64,000 bases of DNA from Octopus sinensis (taxonomy: Eukaryota): assembly GCF_006345805.1 (NCBI RefSeq), contig NW_021832835.1, forward strand, positions 1 to 64,000, in the 5' to 3' direction. Below the pieces are notes generated by a model. It did not search any database, was not told where the DNA came from, and was given only the letters and a program-made list of their open reading frames with translations. Below are positions 13,053-26,489 of the stretch, piece by piece (the first letter of the stretch is position 1; each line of letters begins with the position of its first letter). The translations under genes were made by a program, and so were the position numbers.

Positions 13053-13103
13053 CAAAAACTGTCTGATGAACGGCAACGAGAAACTCAGAGTAACAGATTT
13101 TGT
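13053..13103 (+). ncRNA. Minimal type I hammerhead ribozyme (5' pLTR)
   Basis: aaaactgt-CTGATGA(13063)-a-cg(gcaa)cg-a-GAAA-ctcagag-TA-acagatttt; GUA cleavage triplet. Confidence 0.8.
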
Positions 13104-13149
13104 TGAATTTTCTGCTGCTTTAAATAAAGTATATATATATATATATATA

Positions 13150-14981
13150 TTAAGGAGATTAACGACTCGAATAAGATCTTCGTTAATTCTGATAAGACAA
13201 GGAACTTATATGCACTTGATAAGGACGTTTATAAGCGCCTGATTTCGAATAGTGTCACAGACACATACAAAAAAGACAACACGAATATATACAAAGAGGT
13301 GAACTTAGAAGCAAGAGGAATAGCTAACGATCTTAAGATTAGCGATAGGATTGAATATCTTTCACCACGACCAGCTTTTATTACTCTGAAAGACCATAAA
13401 GCCAATTTTAGTAGAAACCCCAAATGTAGATTGATAAATCCGGCTAAAACTGAGATAGGAATTATTAGCAAAAATATTTTGGACCGTATTTTAGTTAAGT
13501 TAGATAGTGAAGTAGACTTGAGAATTTGGAAGAATAGTAAGTCAGTCATAGAGTGGTTTAAAGGTATTAGCTATAAGAATAACTGTAGTTTCACACAATT
13601 CGACATTATTGACTTTTACCCGTCAATATCTAGGACGTTGCTCCTAAGGGCATTGGACTTCGCCCAGCAGTATGTCAACATCGATAGCTCGGAAATTGAT
13701 ATTATTATGCATGCGAGGAAATCGCTTCTTTTTTTCGAGGATTCCACCTGGATTAAGAAGACTGAGGATTCTCTTTTCGATGTACCGATGGGGGCATACG
13801 ACGGGGCTGAGTTATGTATGCTCATAGGAGCCTTTATTCTCCATAATCTAAAAACAGAATTCCCTTTTATAGATGCAGGTTTATATAGGGATGACGGCCA
13901 CGCATAATCTAAACGGCCATGAATCAGATAGACTTAGGAAGGACCTCATAGCTTTCTTTCAAAGGATGGGCTTACGGGTTACGATAGATGCTAACCTGAA
14001 TAGTGTAGATTTTTTAGACGTAAATTTTAATGTAAGATCGGATAGATTTAAACCTTTCCGTAAGCCCAATGAAAAGCTATCGTATATTAGCAAAGATTCG
14101 AACCATCCACCAGTTATCCTTAGGAACTTAGTCAGCAATGTAGGTAGAAGAATATCTTCAATTTCTTCGGACGAGGCAGCATTCCATAATGCTGCACCTT
14201 ATTACGATAGCGCATTAAAGAATAGTGGATTCTCTGAGAAGATCCAGTTCAACCAGCTTAATGCTGATAATAATGCTGCACGAAGAACTAGGACCAGGAA
14301 AGTTTTGTGGTTCAACCCGGCTTTCAATTTGGCCGTAAAGACTAATATAGGTAAGGAATTTTTGAGATTAGTCTCTAAGCATTTTAAGCAGGGTCATAAA
14401 TTCTATAGGATATTTAATAGAAGAACCCTGAAGGTTAGCTATTCTTGTTGCAGAAATTTCGCCTCTTACATTAGCCAACATAATAGGAAGCTAATTGAGA
14501 TTAGACATGATGCCGAGACCATTAAGAAATGCAATTTCAAAAACGAAAGCTCCTGTCCGTTAGAAGGGAAATGTCTAGTGAAAGGAGTAGTTTATAGAGC
14601 CAAGGTGCAAGTGGAAGGCTCATCAGAATACAAGACATACACAGGGGCTTCAGAAAATTCATTTAAAACAAGATTTTATTCTCATAAAAATTCATTTAAA
14701 TACCCAGAGAATAGGAAGAGGACCAGCCTAGCAAAATATGTCTGGGAACTAAAAGAAAAGGAAGCCCCACCTTTCAACGTGACATGGAGCATTCTGGACA
14801 GGCGGCACCATACAGGCATGGAGCATACAAAAATAATTTCAAGTGCAAACTTTGTCTATTAGAAAAAATGTACATCTTATTCAAAGACAATAATTCTTTG
14901 AATCAAAGAAGTGAGCTAATGAACTTATGTAGGCACGCGGCTAAATTTAAAATGTCGAATATAAATATACCATATGGATAG
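13150..14981 (+). pseudogene. PLE reverse transcriptase-GIY-YIG ORF, 5'-truncated, two frameshifts (~13900, ~14800)
   Basis: SDKTRNLY, AFITLKDHK, CRLINP, FDIIDFYPS, MGAYDGAE, YRDDG, DFLDV, SNHPP, CPLEGKC, VVYRA..YTG, CKLCLLEK..LNQRSEL. Confidence 0.92.
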
Positions 14982-16058
14982 AGTATATATTTTGTATTTT
15001 TGATTTTTGAAATTTTGATTTTGACTCTTGAACGATGAGCGCTACGATGGATTTTGTTTCCAAGCTATGCGGATCTTAATCCGTATAGCAAAGTCTTATG
15101 TTTCTACATATACATCAGGAAAAACCCTCGACTTTGTTTTCATGTTATTGTATTGTATAGGATTACCTTGATTATTTATATTACCTTGATTATTTATAAA
15201 TGATCCAAAATAGGGTGTTATATTTTATTTTATATGTCTTTCGTATATATTTTTATTAATGCACCCATTCTTTAAAAAAAAAGCAATGTTTTTTTTAAAA
15301 AAAAGCAATGTTGTCAAAATTAGTATGTTGATGTAAGTATGTGTATAGCCGAGGATATGTATTTGTAAGCATGCGTATCTGTGTATGTGTAAGTGAGAGT
15401 ATGTTTGTGCACATATACACGATTGTATGTATATGTATCCATTCGAAATTGTGTTTGTATACTTGTCTCCATATATGCCAATAATGCCGTTACACAGCTT
15501 GTATACATAATTTTTTCTTATTTCGTTTTTTTCCCCACCCCTCCTTCGTTCCTTTTTCTCTCTCTTCCTTTGTTTCGTCCCCCCCTTACTCAGTATATGA
15601 GAATCGCTACATACATGATTTTTAACTTGCGCGCGAGATGGTTTGCGTGAATATATGTACACATGCATTTACGTGTATATTTAGATTTATATTCATACGT
15701 CTGTATATGTATGGCGTTGGCGCGCATCCTTTTTGTGTATGTTGATATATATATGCACATTTTAATAAAAGTATGCATTGCAGTGTAATATTTATAACAG
15801 GTTTAATTCCTATGAATTAATTTATACTTTCTTCATTAACGTCAATATGTATTTTATTCAATGTAAGGTTTTTTCCACGGATTTTATAATTTTTTATAAG
15901 TTTTTTTATATATATATACATATATTTTTGACCTTTTTGTTTATCGCTCGAAGATTGACCGTTTTTTTCTAAAGGGCCAATCAAACAAGTCCATTTCTTT
16001 TTAAAGGTGTAGCGTTTGTAAGAGTCTAGATTGAATTGATATATCGGTTCCATTCTAG

Positions 16059-16109
16059 CAAAAACTGTCTGATGAACGGCAACGAGAAACTCAGAGTAAC
16101 AGATTTTGT
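16059..16109 (+). ncRNA. Minimal type I hammerhead ribozyme (3' pLTR)
   Basis: Same sequence as 13053-13103; CTGATGA at 16069. Confidence 0.8.
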
Positions 16110-16134
16110 TGAATTTTCTGCTGCTTAAAATAAA

Positions 16135-16169
<35 letters not shown>

Positions 16170-16662
16170 AAAACAATGATCTATTCAAATATACAGTTCG
16201 TGATATGCAATGAGGGAAGAAAATACATGTTACCCAAATTAGCTGAAAACTACTCGGAGAAGAGTGTTTCTGGTAAAATATTTAAAAGAGAGAAACAATT
16301 TGTTCTGTATGTCTGGCTTTGCACCGATTCTGCAATCAACTGCGTGAATCAATAATGGCTGGCAAACTGCCTCACATTTGCAGAATTTAATATTTCTATG
16401 GATGTATATGTCTGCATGCATACATACATACATACATACATGCATACACACACACATAATACATACACACATAATACCAACATACACACATAATACACAC
16501 ATACATACGTACATATATTCATACACACATTATACACGCATACATACATGCATCCATACAAACACACATACATACACACATACATGCATGCATACATACG
16601 CACATATGTTCACGCATACATACATGCACGCATGCACACACATACATACATACATACATACA

Positions 16663-16695
<33 letters not shown>

Positions 16696-16779
16696 GGATG
16701 CATGCATAAACACATAGATACACGCATGCATACATAGATATACATACATACATGCATGCATACATATATACACATACAT

Positions 16780-16905
16780 ACGGCTGTGTGGTTAAGATGG
16801 TCAATTTGCAACCGCTATGTTTCGGGTTCAGTCCCACTGTGCGGCGAGTATATTCTATTATAGCTCCGACCCGACCAGCACTTTGTTAGTGAATTTTTTC
16901 GACAG
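16780..16905 (+). mobile_element. SINE family A head, decayed
   Basis: ggctgtgtggttaag..gggttcagtcccactg..tattctattatagc. Confidence 0.7.
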
Positions 16906-18136
16906 ATACTGAGTGGTTTTAGGAATGGTAAGGAACGAAGGTGATGTTATGCTATCCCACATCGTTCCACAGGGTCTTAGAATGAATTCTGCTGGGTCTT
17001 AGAATTAATTCGTCGTGGTGCTGGAGACAGCTGGTCTACCCTGTTTGGATCAAATACAAAGTGGAAGGCCAGAGATCTTTCTGCAAGAATCGGTTTCTCT
17101 TTTGTGACCCAAGAACGGCCGTTAGACATTCTTTGCGATCCCGATGCCCGTCAGAGACGTCAGATTATTACGTTTAGGGCGTGGTTCAAAGGGAGACGAA
17201 CAGACATCCCCATTCTATCATAGGTTAACTGAAGGTTGCTATTGTCCAGGTGATGTCCGAAATGAATAAGGACCATTTAGTTCTGGCATGTCGATGATTC
17301 TGGCCCCTCACTGAAGCAATCATCGAGGTTGAAGACAAATTCATAGAGCCATCTTAGAAGAAAGCTTATCAGGAAAATCGACGCACGCGTTTGGTTTGGA
17401 TACATTTGGTTTTTGCTAGGGATATTTTAATCAATTACTAAATACCCCGTGTAACCTTTACGTACATACAGACATACATACATGTAGCTTATATACATGA
17501 ACATATATATATACACGCATACATGCTTGAAGACATTTACTTGTACATACAGACACACTCACACACACATACATATACACAGATATAATCATACATATAT
17601 GTTCGTACGCGTGTATATATACATATATACACATGTATGTATGAGTGATAGATATTAGGTATGGGTTTGTATTTGTGCATTATACGTGTGTGTATGTGTA
17701 TGTGTGTGTGTGTGTATGTGTGTGTATACGTTTGTAAGTAAGCATACAGTATGTGCCATGTACAATCCATTCAAAGCCGCCTCTTTCTGGATTCCAGGAT
17801 AATTCTTTAATGGTTTCGTAATCTGCATATACACTCACTTACACATACATACATACATACATACATACACACACGCACGGTCATATACATAGGCGGAAAG
17901 AGACACAGAAACAAGACCGACGCATACACTCACGAATGTACACTCACTCCCACAGAATATAGAAACTCACACAGACCCACATTGACAGACACACGCGCGC
18001 GCGCATGCGCACAGACACTCACGCATCCATAAAATATGTTTCGCTGTCAGTTGATGACATGAAATAATAAATCCGAGGAAATTCAAAAGAATTTAAAAAG
18101 AAAAATACAAAACAACGCACAACCGCAGCAGCATTG

Positions 18137-18175
<39 letters not shown>

Positions 18176-18384
18176 GCAAAGCAGTAAAACAAAAATATGA
18201 AAAAATGCTAAACAAAATTATCGTCATAAACAACAACAACAACAAACTTAATCAAATAGCAAACAACAACAGCAAACAAAAAGCAGTAGTATCCCCCCCA
18301 CTCCAAAAAACAACACATCAAACAAAAACAACATTAAACAATCTCAATAACCGTAAACAAGAATTAGCAAAACAAGCAAAAAAT

Positions 18385-18422
18385 ATGATGATGATGATGA
18401 TGATGATGATGATAATAATAAC

Positions 18423-18474
<52 letters not shown>

Positions 18475-18656
18475 TAATAACAATAATAATAATATGATAA
18501 TAATAATAATAATAAAAATAATAACACTAATAATAATAATAATAATAATAAATAATAATAACACAACAACAATAATAATAATAATAATAAAAATAATAAT
18601 AACAACAATAATAATAATAATATATAATAATAATAATAAAAAAAAAATATAATAAC

Positions 18657-18697
<41 letters not shown>

Positions 18698-18778
18698 AAC
18701 AACAACTAATAATAATAATAATAAAAATAATAATAACAACATAATAATAATAATAATAATAAAAATAATAATAACAAC

Positions 18779-18817
<39 letters not shown>

Positions 18818-18860
18818 TAACAATAATAATAATAATAATAATAATAAAAATAATAATAAC

Positions 18861-18898
<38 letters not shown>

Positions 18899-18899
18899 C

Positions 18900-18960
<61 letters not shown>

Positions 18961-18997
18961 TAATAACAATAATAATAATAATAATAATAATGATGAT
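18385..18997. repeat. (TAA)n/(TGA)n/(CAA)n microsatellite
   Basis: Directly visible. Confidence 0.95.
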
Positions 18998-19263
18998 GCT
19001 CGTTGCAGCTTAATCAGTTGAATGCAATTTGATAACGAGATAAAAACTGCTGATTAAAGGATGATGCGGTCACATTTAGGAATCTAAATGAGTTGTACAA
19101 AACGAGTAGAAACGGTGCCGGAGTAAATATTCAGAGGTTTTTCTTGCGGCTTTTTAAGTTCCAAGTTCAAACCCTACACAGATCAACACCGTCTTTCATC
19201 CTTTCGAGGTCAATCGACGTAACCCACATCCAAAACCTCAGGCGTTGTACCTGTAATAGAAAG

Positions 19264-19339
<76 letters not shown>

Positions 19340-19361
19340 TATTATTATTATTATTATTATT

Positions 19362-19580
19362 AAGGCAGCAAGCTGGCAGAATCGTTAGCACACTGGGCGA
19401 AATGCTTAGCGGTATTTCGCCAGACGCTACGTTCTGAGTTCTAATTCCGCCGAGGTCGACTTTGCCTTTCATCCTTTCGGGGTCGATAAATTAAGTATCA
19501 GAGAAAAATTGGGGTCGATGTAATCGACTAGTCGTTCCCCACCAAATTTCAGGCTTTGTGCCTTTGATAGAAAGGATTAC
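19362..19580 (+). mobile_element. SINE family B
   Basis: aaggcagcaagctggcagaatcgttagc..gttctgagttctaattccgccgaggtcgactttgcctttcatcctttcggggtcgat; matches the reverse complement of 60500-60708. Confidence 0.85.
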
Positions 19581-19592
19581 TATTATTATTAT

Positions 19593-19790
19593 TCAGTAGT
19601 TTTATTTTTTTTTTATAGCGTGCTTTCACTTCACTACCGAGCGCAGCTCTGTGTGCCTTGGGTATGTGCTGTGATTTGTTGTGATGCTCTGATGGTTATT
19701 GTATGGAAAGTGTTCTGCGTAGGATGTGTGCAGTGCCTAGTAGTGCAATTTTTTGTATGTTATATGTGTTTGTAAGTCCTGGTGTTTTTG
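19593..19790 (-). mobile_element. R4/Dong-like LINE extreme 3' end (second subfamily)
   Basis: Reverse complement of ~8680-8875, ending in (TAA)n on the minus strand. Confidence 0.9.
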
Positions 19791-19832
19791 TTCATTGCTG
19801 TATCCAAGTCTAAATCTCTATTATTTTCCTTC

Positions 19833-19889
<57 letters not shown>

Positions 19890-20169
19890 ATTGCTCAACA
19901 TTTAGTAGTTCGAGGCAAATTTCTACTGCATCACCTGCTACATCTCCGTGTTGTTGGGATGTGTGCAACTTTGTGTGTCCTTTTCTGTTGTTGAGAGTGT
20001 GAAAACTCTTCCTGGTTTTGTATTGTGTTGGTTCTACTTTTTCGTGTTGAGGTGTGAAGCAATCTTTTGTCGTATTACTGCTTGCATTGTGTGTTGAGTG
20101 TGTAATGCGCTGGTTATCTAGCTTGCTGGTGGAAGTTTATTTCACTGTGTAATTGAGAATTGGCCCATT

Positions 20170-20404
20170 GGCGCAATGGCCCAGTGGTTAGGGCAGCGGA
20201 CACGCGGTCGTAGGATCGCGGTTTCGATTCCCAGACCGGGCGTCGTGAGTATTTATTGAGCAAAAACACCTAAAGTTCCACGAGGCTCCGGCAGGGGATG
20301 GTGGCGATCCCTGCTGTACTCTTTCGCCACAACTTTCTCTCACTCATTGTGACCACGATGTGTAGCAACATCTGAGAGCCTGGTCGGTCACGGTAATCAC
20401 GGGG
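20170..20404 (+). mobile_element. tRNA-derived SINE, family D
   Basis: ggcgcaatggcccagtggttagggc (A box), ggtttcgattccc (B box), followed by (TA)n. Confidence 0.75.
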
Positions 20405-20410
20405 ATATAT

Positions 20411-20461
<51 letters not shown>

Positions 20462-20570
20462 TATATATATATAAACAGGAAGTTTTACGAAAATAAACAA
20501 AAGACGAAGGCAGGTGGAGTACAAACAAACAATGTATTAGTATAACGCTCAGGAATAGAAATAAAACAAG

Positions 20571-20610
20571 TCTTTTTACGTTTCGAGCCTACGCTCTTCG
20601 ACAGAAAGAT
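20571..20610 (-). ncRNA. Minimal hammerhead-like motif (variant core CTGTCGA) in a ~200-bp TA-abutting element (20473-20668)
   Basis: Minus strand: tcttt-CTGTCGA-a-gagc(gtag)gctc-GAAA-cg-ta-aaaaga; homologous to 422-456. Confidence 0.5.
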
Positions 20611-21595
20611 ACACAGAGAAGAAACAAGGAGAGAAAAAAATTGCGTGTAGGGGCTAACGATCCATCAGATTTGGCGAGGACTGGGACAACCAGAGATGAT
20701 GTGGTCAACTGCCTCATTGTGCTGGATGCACATTCTGCAATTGGTGTTGGGGCCTATTTTCATTATTTTGTTCCTATAGTTATTCCTATACATACTGGTC
20801 TTGTGCAGCTGGAATCAAGCGCTTCTGTTTCAGTTTCCAGTCAAGAGCTTGTGAGCCATTGTTGGTTTTTACTTTGGCTCAGTTCTTTTGACCACGGAGC
20901 AATTTTTCTCCCCAGTTCTGCTTTGTAGTTCTGTTTTCATGTTATTTTTTTTTACCGCTTTGACCATTTCTGAGATCAGTTTATCAGTGTATTTCGTTTC
21001 TGTTTTGTATTTTGTCACCTCCTTGTGTATAGAGAAATCTATTTTCTTTTTCTCGTATTGCTTTATTACAGATAGTAGTCTCCCTCTCTTTGTTTCCAAG
21101 TACTTTGGTAGTCCAACTGTTGTTATTTTATAGTAGTTCTCTCTCTGTGTCAGGCCACGGACTCCTTCTGAGTAGGGTAGACATATTCTGTGTCTGCTTT
21201 GGGGTGGTGACTTCAGTGTGCTCTTTGAAAGTTTCTCAATTCACCGATCTTCAAGTTTACTATGTTGAAGCTGTAATTTATAACTGGTCTGGCTAGCCGG
21301 TTTATCCCTATTATCTTATTTTTAGCATTGAGTTCAGTGTTTGGTATTAGTCTAAATCTTTTGTAATATTCTCTCTTAATTTCCTCTTTCGTGTCTGTAT
21401 GTTGTATTCTAGTTGATTTTAGTTGTATTCTTTTCCTAGATATTTGCGTGGGTGATTGTGGTTGAGTTCCTTGATTTCTGTGTCTATGCCGAGTGTAGTG
21501 TTTTAAGTACTGATTAATTTACCTCTTCTCAGTGTTCCTTCGGTACATTTGTCCAACCCCATTCTCATCCCGATTTTCTTGCTGAAATTCTTTAC

Positions 21596-21838
21596 TCTCT
21601 TTTACTCTTTTACTTGCTTCAGTCATTTACTATGGTCATGCTGGAGCACCGCCTTTAGTCGAGCAAATCGACCCTAGGACTTATTCTTTGTAAGCCTAGT
21701 ACTTATTCTATCGGTCTTTTTTGCCGAACCGCTAAGTTACGGGGACGTAAACACCCAGCATCGGTTGTCAAGCGACGTTGGGGGGACAAACACAGACAAC
21801 ACAACATATACACACCTGCATATATATATATATATAGA

Positions 21839-21906
<68 letters not shown>

Positions 21907-22084
21907 CATATACATATATACGGCGGGCTTCTTTCAGTTTCCGTCTACCAAATCCACTCACAAGGCTTTGGTTGGCCAGAGGCTATAGTAGAAGGCATTT
22001 GCCCAAGGTACCACGCAGTGGGACTGATCCCTGAACCATGTGGTTCGTAAGCAAGCTACTTACCACATAGCCACTCCTACACCT
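21596..22084 (-). mobile_element. SINE family A, full length
   Basis: Reverse complement of the 2003-2405 sequence. Confidence 0.9.
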
Positions 22085-24402
22085 ATGGACAATTTCTAGG
22101 TATCTCTGTTCCGTGATATTTTTAGTGAAAATGTTAAAGTCATCCATGTAAAAGAGTTGGTTTATTATTTGTCCATAGCATCTGTAACCCATGGTGGTTT
22201 CATTTTATTAGTTTGTCAGCGGGGCCAGAGCAAAGCAGAAAAGCAGATACGACAGCGATTTTTCTTGGAAAATCCCTCTTCTTAAGGGTATGAGGCAAGG
22301 TTTAATGATTTATGATTCATTTTTCAGTGGTATGCTGGTTTTCCAGTTTGCCATTGCATGTTTGACATATTCTAACAGTGTTGGAGCTACTTTGTGTGTA
22401 GAGATTCCAGTATCCATGAGTGTGGAACACCGTCGAATGCTTTCTAGTAATCAATCCAAGACATGTTCAGGTGTGTCTTTCTCTTCTCACAGTCTTCAAG
22501 TATGGCTCACTTTACCTGAAGTTGCTCCTTACAACCATACATCCTTCTCCAGCGCCCTTTTGTTCTTCTGGTATAACATTGTTGTTTTATAGGCGTATTA
22601 TAAGCCGGTTATAGGCGACCGTTGTGAGGGTTTTGTACATTGTTGAGAGGCATGCTATAATTTTGTGGGTGTACAGTGTCTTTGTTTTGAGAATTAGAGT
22701 GGCTTGCCCTTCAAGCATCCAGTTTGATGTTGATACTGGCTGGCTTATTAAATGATGCTGTTATGTAGGTATGGGTACTGATGAGTTTTTCAGCCAGAAT
22801 TTGAGGATATTATCTATTCCTGGAGTTTTCCCGTTACTGGTAGTCCTCAGTGTATCCATAATCTCTTAGTTTGTGATGGTGGGCCATATTTGTGGTGCTA
22901 TTTTGTACTCCCTTTCCTCTGTGTGTGTGTTTGTGTGTGTTTGTGACTCTGTGTTTGTGACTCTCTGTGTGTGTGTGTGTGTGACTGTGTGCGCGTGTAT
23001 GCATATATGTATGCATGTATAAACTGTTATTTCCAAGGGGGCGAGAACTAGCAGACTCGTTATATAAATCATTCCAGAACGGTGTAAGAAGTGCAACTAA
23101 TGGCGGCGGCGGCGGTGAAGCTAAATCAAAAAGTCTGACCCTCCGTTGATATTGAACCTCTGACCGATTGTTACCTTCTGCCGGCGGCAGTCTCCAGGCA
23201 GAATTAAATAATAATAAAGATTTACTGCTATGCAATCGCACAAATATCTCTTTGCAGTCATGTTATTGGTTAATGTGGGTCCGTGATTGAAAAAAAAAAG
23301 AAACAGAAAGAAACAGATGTATGACGTGGATTATATTACAACAGATTATTAAAGAGCAATTTATGAGACGACTTTCTCTTGACCTCGCAATGTTGATAAA
23401 ATCCAATAATGGTAATGATTACTTGTAAGGAAACACTCATGGCTCCATTTTAAACGACGAATTTTCATAAATTTACTATTAAAAATCAGAATAAAAACCT
23501 TAAATAACCAATAAACAACTATAAATGTTCTCGCCATTATCAAAATCCTATTCTATTTCTATTCGTGATAAAGCTGTTGTTGTTGCTATTGTTGCTGCAT
23601 CCGTTGTTCTTTAACCCTAGCCCATCGAGGTGGCATTCGTTCAAAGATATTTCATGTCGGTGTATATTTGTGTCTGTACCATTAGATTAAAACAGCAGCT
23701 CTGTTGTCTGACAAAAGGCTGAAGTACGAAACGTTAGACTTCCGGATTCAGTACTGTAATTGAATTTATCGATATTCCAAGAACTCTCAAATTTCAAAAA
23801 TATGTTTATCTTTTGGAATGGCTATATCTGTCATATTTACATGTGTCTTTGTGTTGTGTTTGTCCCCAACCACTGCTTGAACAACCGGTGTTAGTTTGTT
23901 TACGCCCCCATAACCTAGCAGTTCAGCAATAGTGAACGATAAAAGAAGGACCGGAGTATTTTTCAAAAAAGTGCTGGGGTTGATTTGTTCGACTAAAACC
24001 CTTCAAGGTGATGCCCAGTGTGGTTGCAGTCCAATGAAAGATAAAACATTTGGATGTTAACGAACAGGAGACGTTGATTGCAAAGCAAGCGGCTTCGCCA
24101 TTTCGGCCACAGTGCTGCTTATTGCTGGCTGATAGGATCAATTAGAAAACAAATCAGTTCTGTTTGTTCTTTTTGCTTTTAGTTACAAGGGGCGCCATTT
24201 TAACGACAATCAGAGAATTTATACAAAATTTGTTGTTTTTAGATAAGATATTGAGCCAGAAATCTCGACTAAAATAAGAGAATAAATTAATAAAACAATA
24301 TAAAATAAATACATCAGCAAAACAAGTAAAATAATATAAAATAAATAAATCAAATGCAGAAAACAACATAAATAAAACAAGAATCAGAGGTAAAAGTAAT
24401 GT

Positions 24403-24757
24403 CCTTTTACATGTTTCAGTCATTGGACTGCGGCCACGCTGGAGCACTGCCTTGAAGGGTCTAGCTGAAAAATTCGACATAAGTATTTCTTTTAAAGTAT
24501 TGTATTAACTCTATCAGGGACTTTTAACGAACCGATAATGTTACGGGGACGTAAACAAACCAACACAGTTGTCAAGGTGTAGTGGGGTGGCAAAAAGAGA
24601 CCTAATGACACACATACATACACAACGGGCTTCCATAGTTTCCATCTACCAAATTCGCTCAGAAGACGTGAAGATATTTGTGCAAGGTGCCACACAATGG
24701 GATTGAACTCAAAACCACTTGGTTTCAAAGCAAGTTTCTTACAACAGCCATGCCTGC
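24403..24757 (-). mobile_element. SINE family A, diverged
   Basis: tttcagtcattggactgcggcc..ggggacgtaaac..gtgccacacaatgggattgaactc. Confidence 0.75.
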
Positions 24758-25106
24758 TCTTTGAATTCAACAACAACAACGTTCTTTATTTACAAATGAG
24801 TAGAGATGCACGAGCCTCATTAAGAGGGCGTGAACGCCATCGTCAGAGGGTGCGAGGTTTCGCGTCTCCTCAGGGGCGCTTAATGATCAGCTCTAACTTT
24901 TAATTTATGCTTACTTGATGCTGGTATGGACACGCAATTAAGAAGTTTGTTTCCCAAGTGCGAACCATGTCGTCTCTGGTTCGATCCCAATTCATATTAC
25001 AGTATTTTTTAGCTAAGTGTATTTTTTTTTATCATAGCCTCGATATGACATCGCGAGTGGAATTTGATAAACAGAAGCTTTGCGGAAGCTCAGTGTCTGT
25101 AGATTA

Positions 25107-25162
<56 letters not shown>

Positions 25163-25339
25163 TCAACGGTGGTGCCCCAGCATGGCCGCAGCATTCGGGC
25201 TGAAACATTTTTTAAGGATTTAAGGATTTATAAATATATATATCGCGGTATCTGCACACATACATATATAAATATATATACACACATATGTGTTGTGATA
25301 TTCTTTTGAAATATTCTCACTTCAGTAGAAAAAGAAAAA

Positions 25340-25507
25340 AGGCGCATGCGTGGTTGTGTAGTAAGAAGCTTGCTTTCCAACCACATGGTTCCGGGTTCAG
25401 TCCCACTGCATAGCATCTTGGACAAGTTTCTTCTACTCTAGCCTTGGGCTAATCGAAGTCTTATGAGTGGATTTGGTAGACGAAAACTGTAAGAATCCCA
25501 TCGTTGT

Positions 25508-25546
<39 letters not shown>

Positions 25547-25762
25547 TATATATATGCCTATGTGTATGCTATATGTGTGTCTTTACCTCCCAAAATCACT
25601 TGACAACCATTGTTGGTGTGTTTACGTCCCCGTAACTTAGCAGTTCAGCAAAAGATATGGATTGAATATGTACCACGCTACTGCGTCAATTCATTCGACT
25701 AAAAACCTTCAAAGCAGTGCTCCAGCATGGCCGCAGTCTAATTACTGAAACAAGTAAAAGTT
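25340..25762 (+). mobile_element. SINE family A
   Basis: Head and tail match 2003-2405. Confidence 0.85.
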
Positions 25763-25838
25763 AAAAGATATGCATGTGTATTTGGAGATTTGGGTATATA
25801 TATATAGATGTGTTCAGATGTGTGTATGTGTGTGTATA

Positions 25839-25873
<35 letters not shown>

Positions 25874-26266
25874 GCACACACACCACACACACACACACAC
25901 ACGCACACACACACACACGTATGTATGTATAGATGTATGTATGTATAGTTGCAGGTAGGATCTAACAGGGAACCACGTGTTCGACAAGCGAACACATTAA
26001 CCACAGGGCCACATGTACATCCCCACTTGTATAAGGTTGTAGCCTAAAGGGTTCTCTCATTTTCTATGAAACATTGCCGAAACGAGTCCAATCGCCTCCG
26101 TTCTTGCTAGCCTCTTGACGGTGGGTGTACATATGTGCCTATATACATACATACATATGTACATGCATATGTATGTAAGTCCATGAAATTCCAGCAAAGT
26201 CTGATTTTTGCGTTTTACTTCTGAATCTCACACACACACGTGTACATTTACAAACACGCACTCACT

Positions 26267-26338
<72 letters not shown>

Positions 26339-26489
26339 AAAGTTGGTTTGTGAAAGCACGTGGTTGAATATATAGAAAATAGTAAAAAGTGAAAAAACTA
26401 CAGAAGGCTTAAAGGTTAAAAAAATATATATTTGAGTCAATATGTCTGAAGAATATAAAAAAATTTTTTCTCTTACAATGACATAGTTT

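Larger units (their letters stand above)
12810..16136 (+). mobile_element. Penelope-like retroelement (possibly Naiad-like) with direct pseudo-LTRs (~12810-13130 and ~15828-16136)
   Basis: Direct repeats of ~310 bp, each with an HHR and ending in (TA)n, flank an RT + GIY-YIG coding region. Confidence 0.92.
19890..22850 (-). mobile_element. Old, decayed R4/Dong-like LINE carrying nested insertions
   Basis: Minus-strand peptides GKTPGIDNI, PEEQKG, RGIFQ, NQLFYMDD, MGLDKC, ELNAKNK, HHPKAD and a zinc-knuckle remnant; 3' end abuts the (TTA)n tract. Confidence 0.8.

Noticed and set aside
13150-15100. Selenoprotein-type PLE (UGA recoding plus SECIS)
   Set aside because: The breaks are frameshifts, not in-frame TGA at Cys positions, and no SECIS core is visible.
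20170-20245. Genuine tRNA genes here and at 56743
   Set aside because: Cloverleaf is incomplete and continues into SINE bodies; these are SINE heads.
23030-23150. Possible terminal exon GRELADSLYKSFQNGVRSATNGGGGGEAKSKSLTLR*
   Set aside because: No recognisable homology, weak acceptor, GC content largely from a (GGC)n run.
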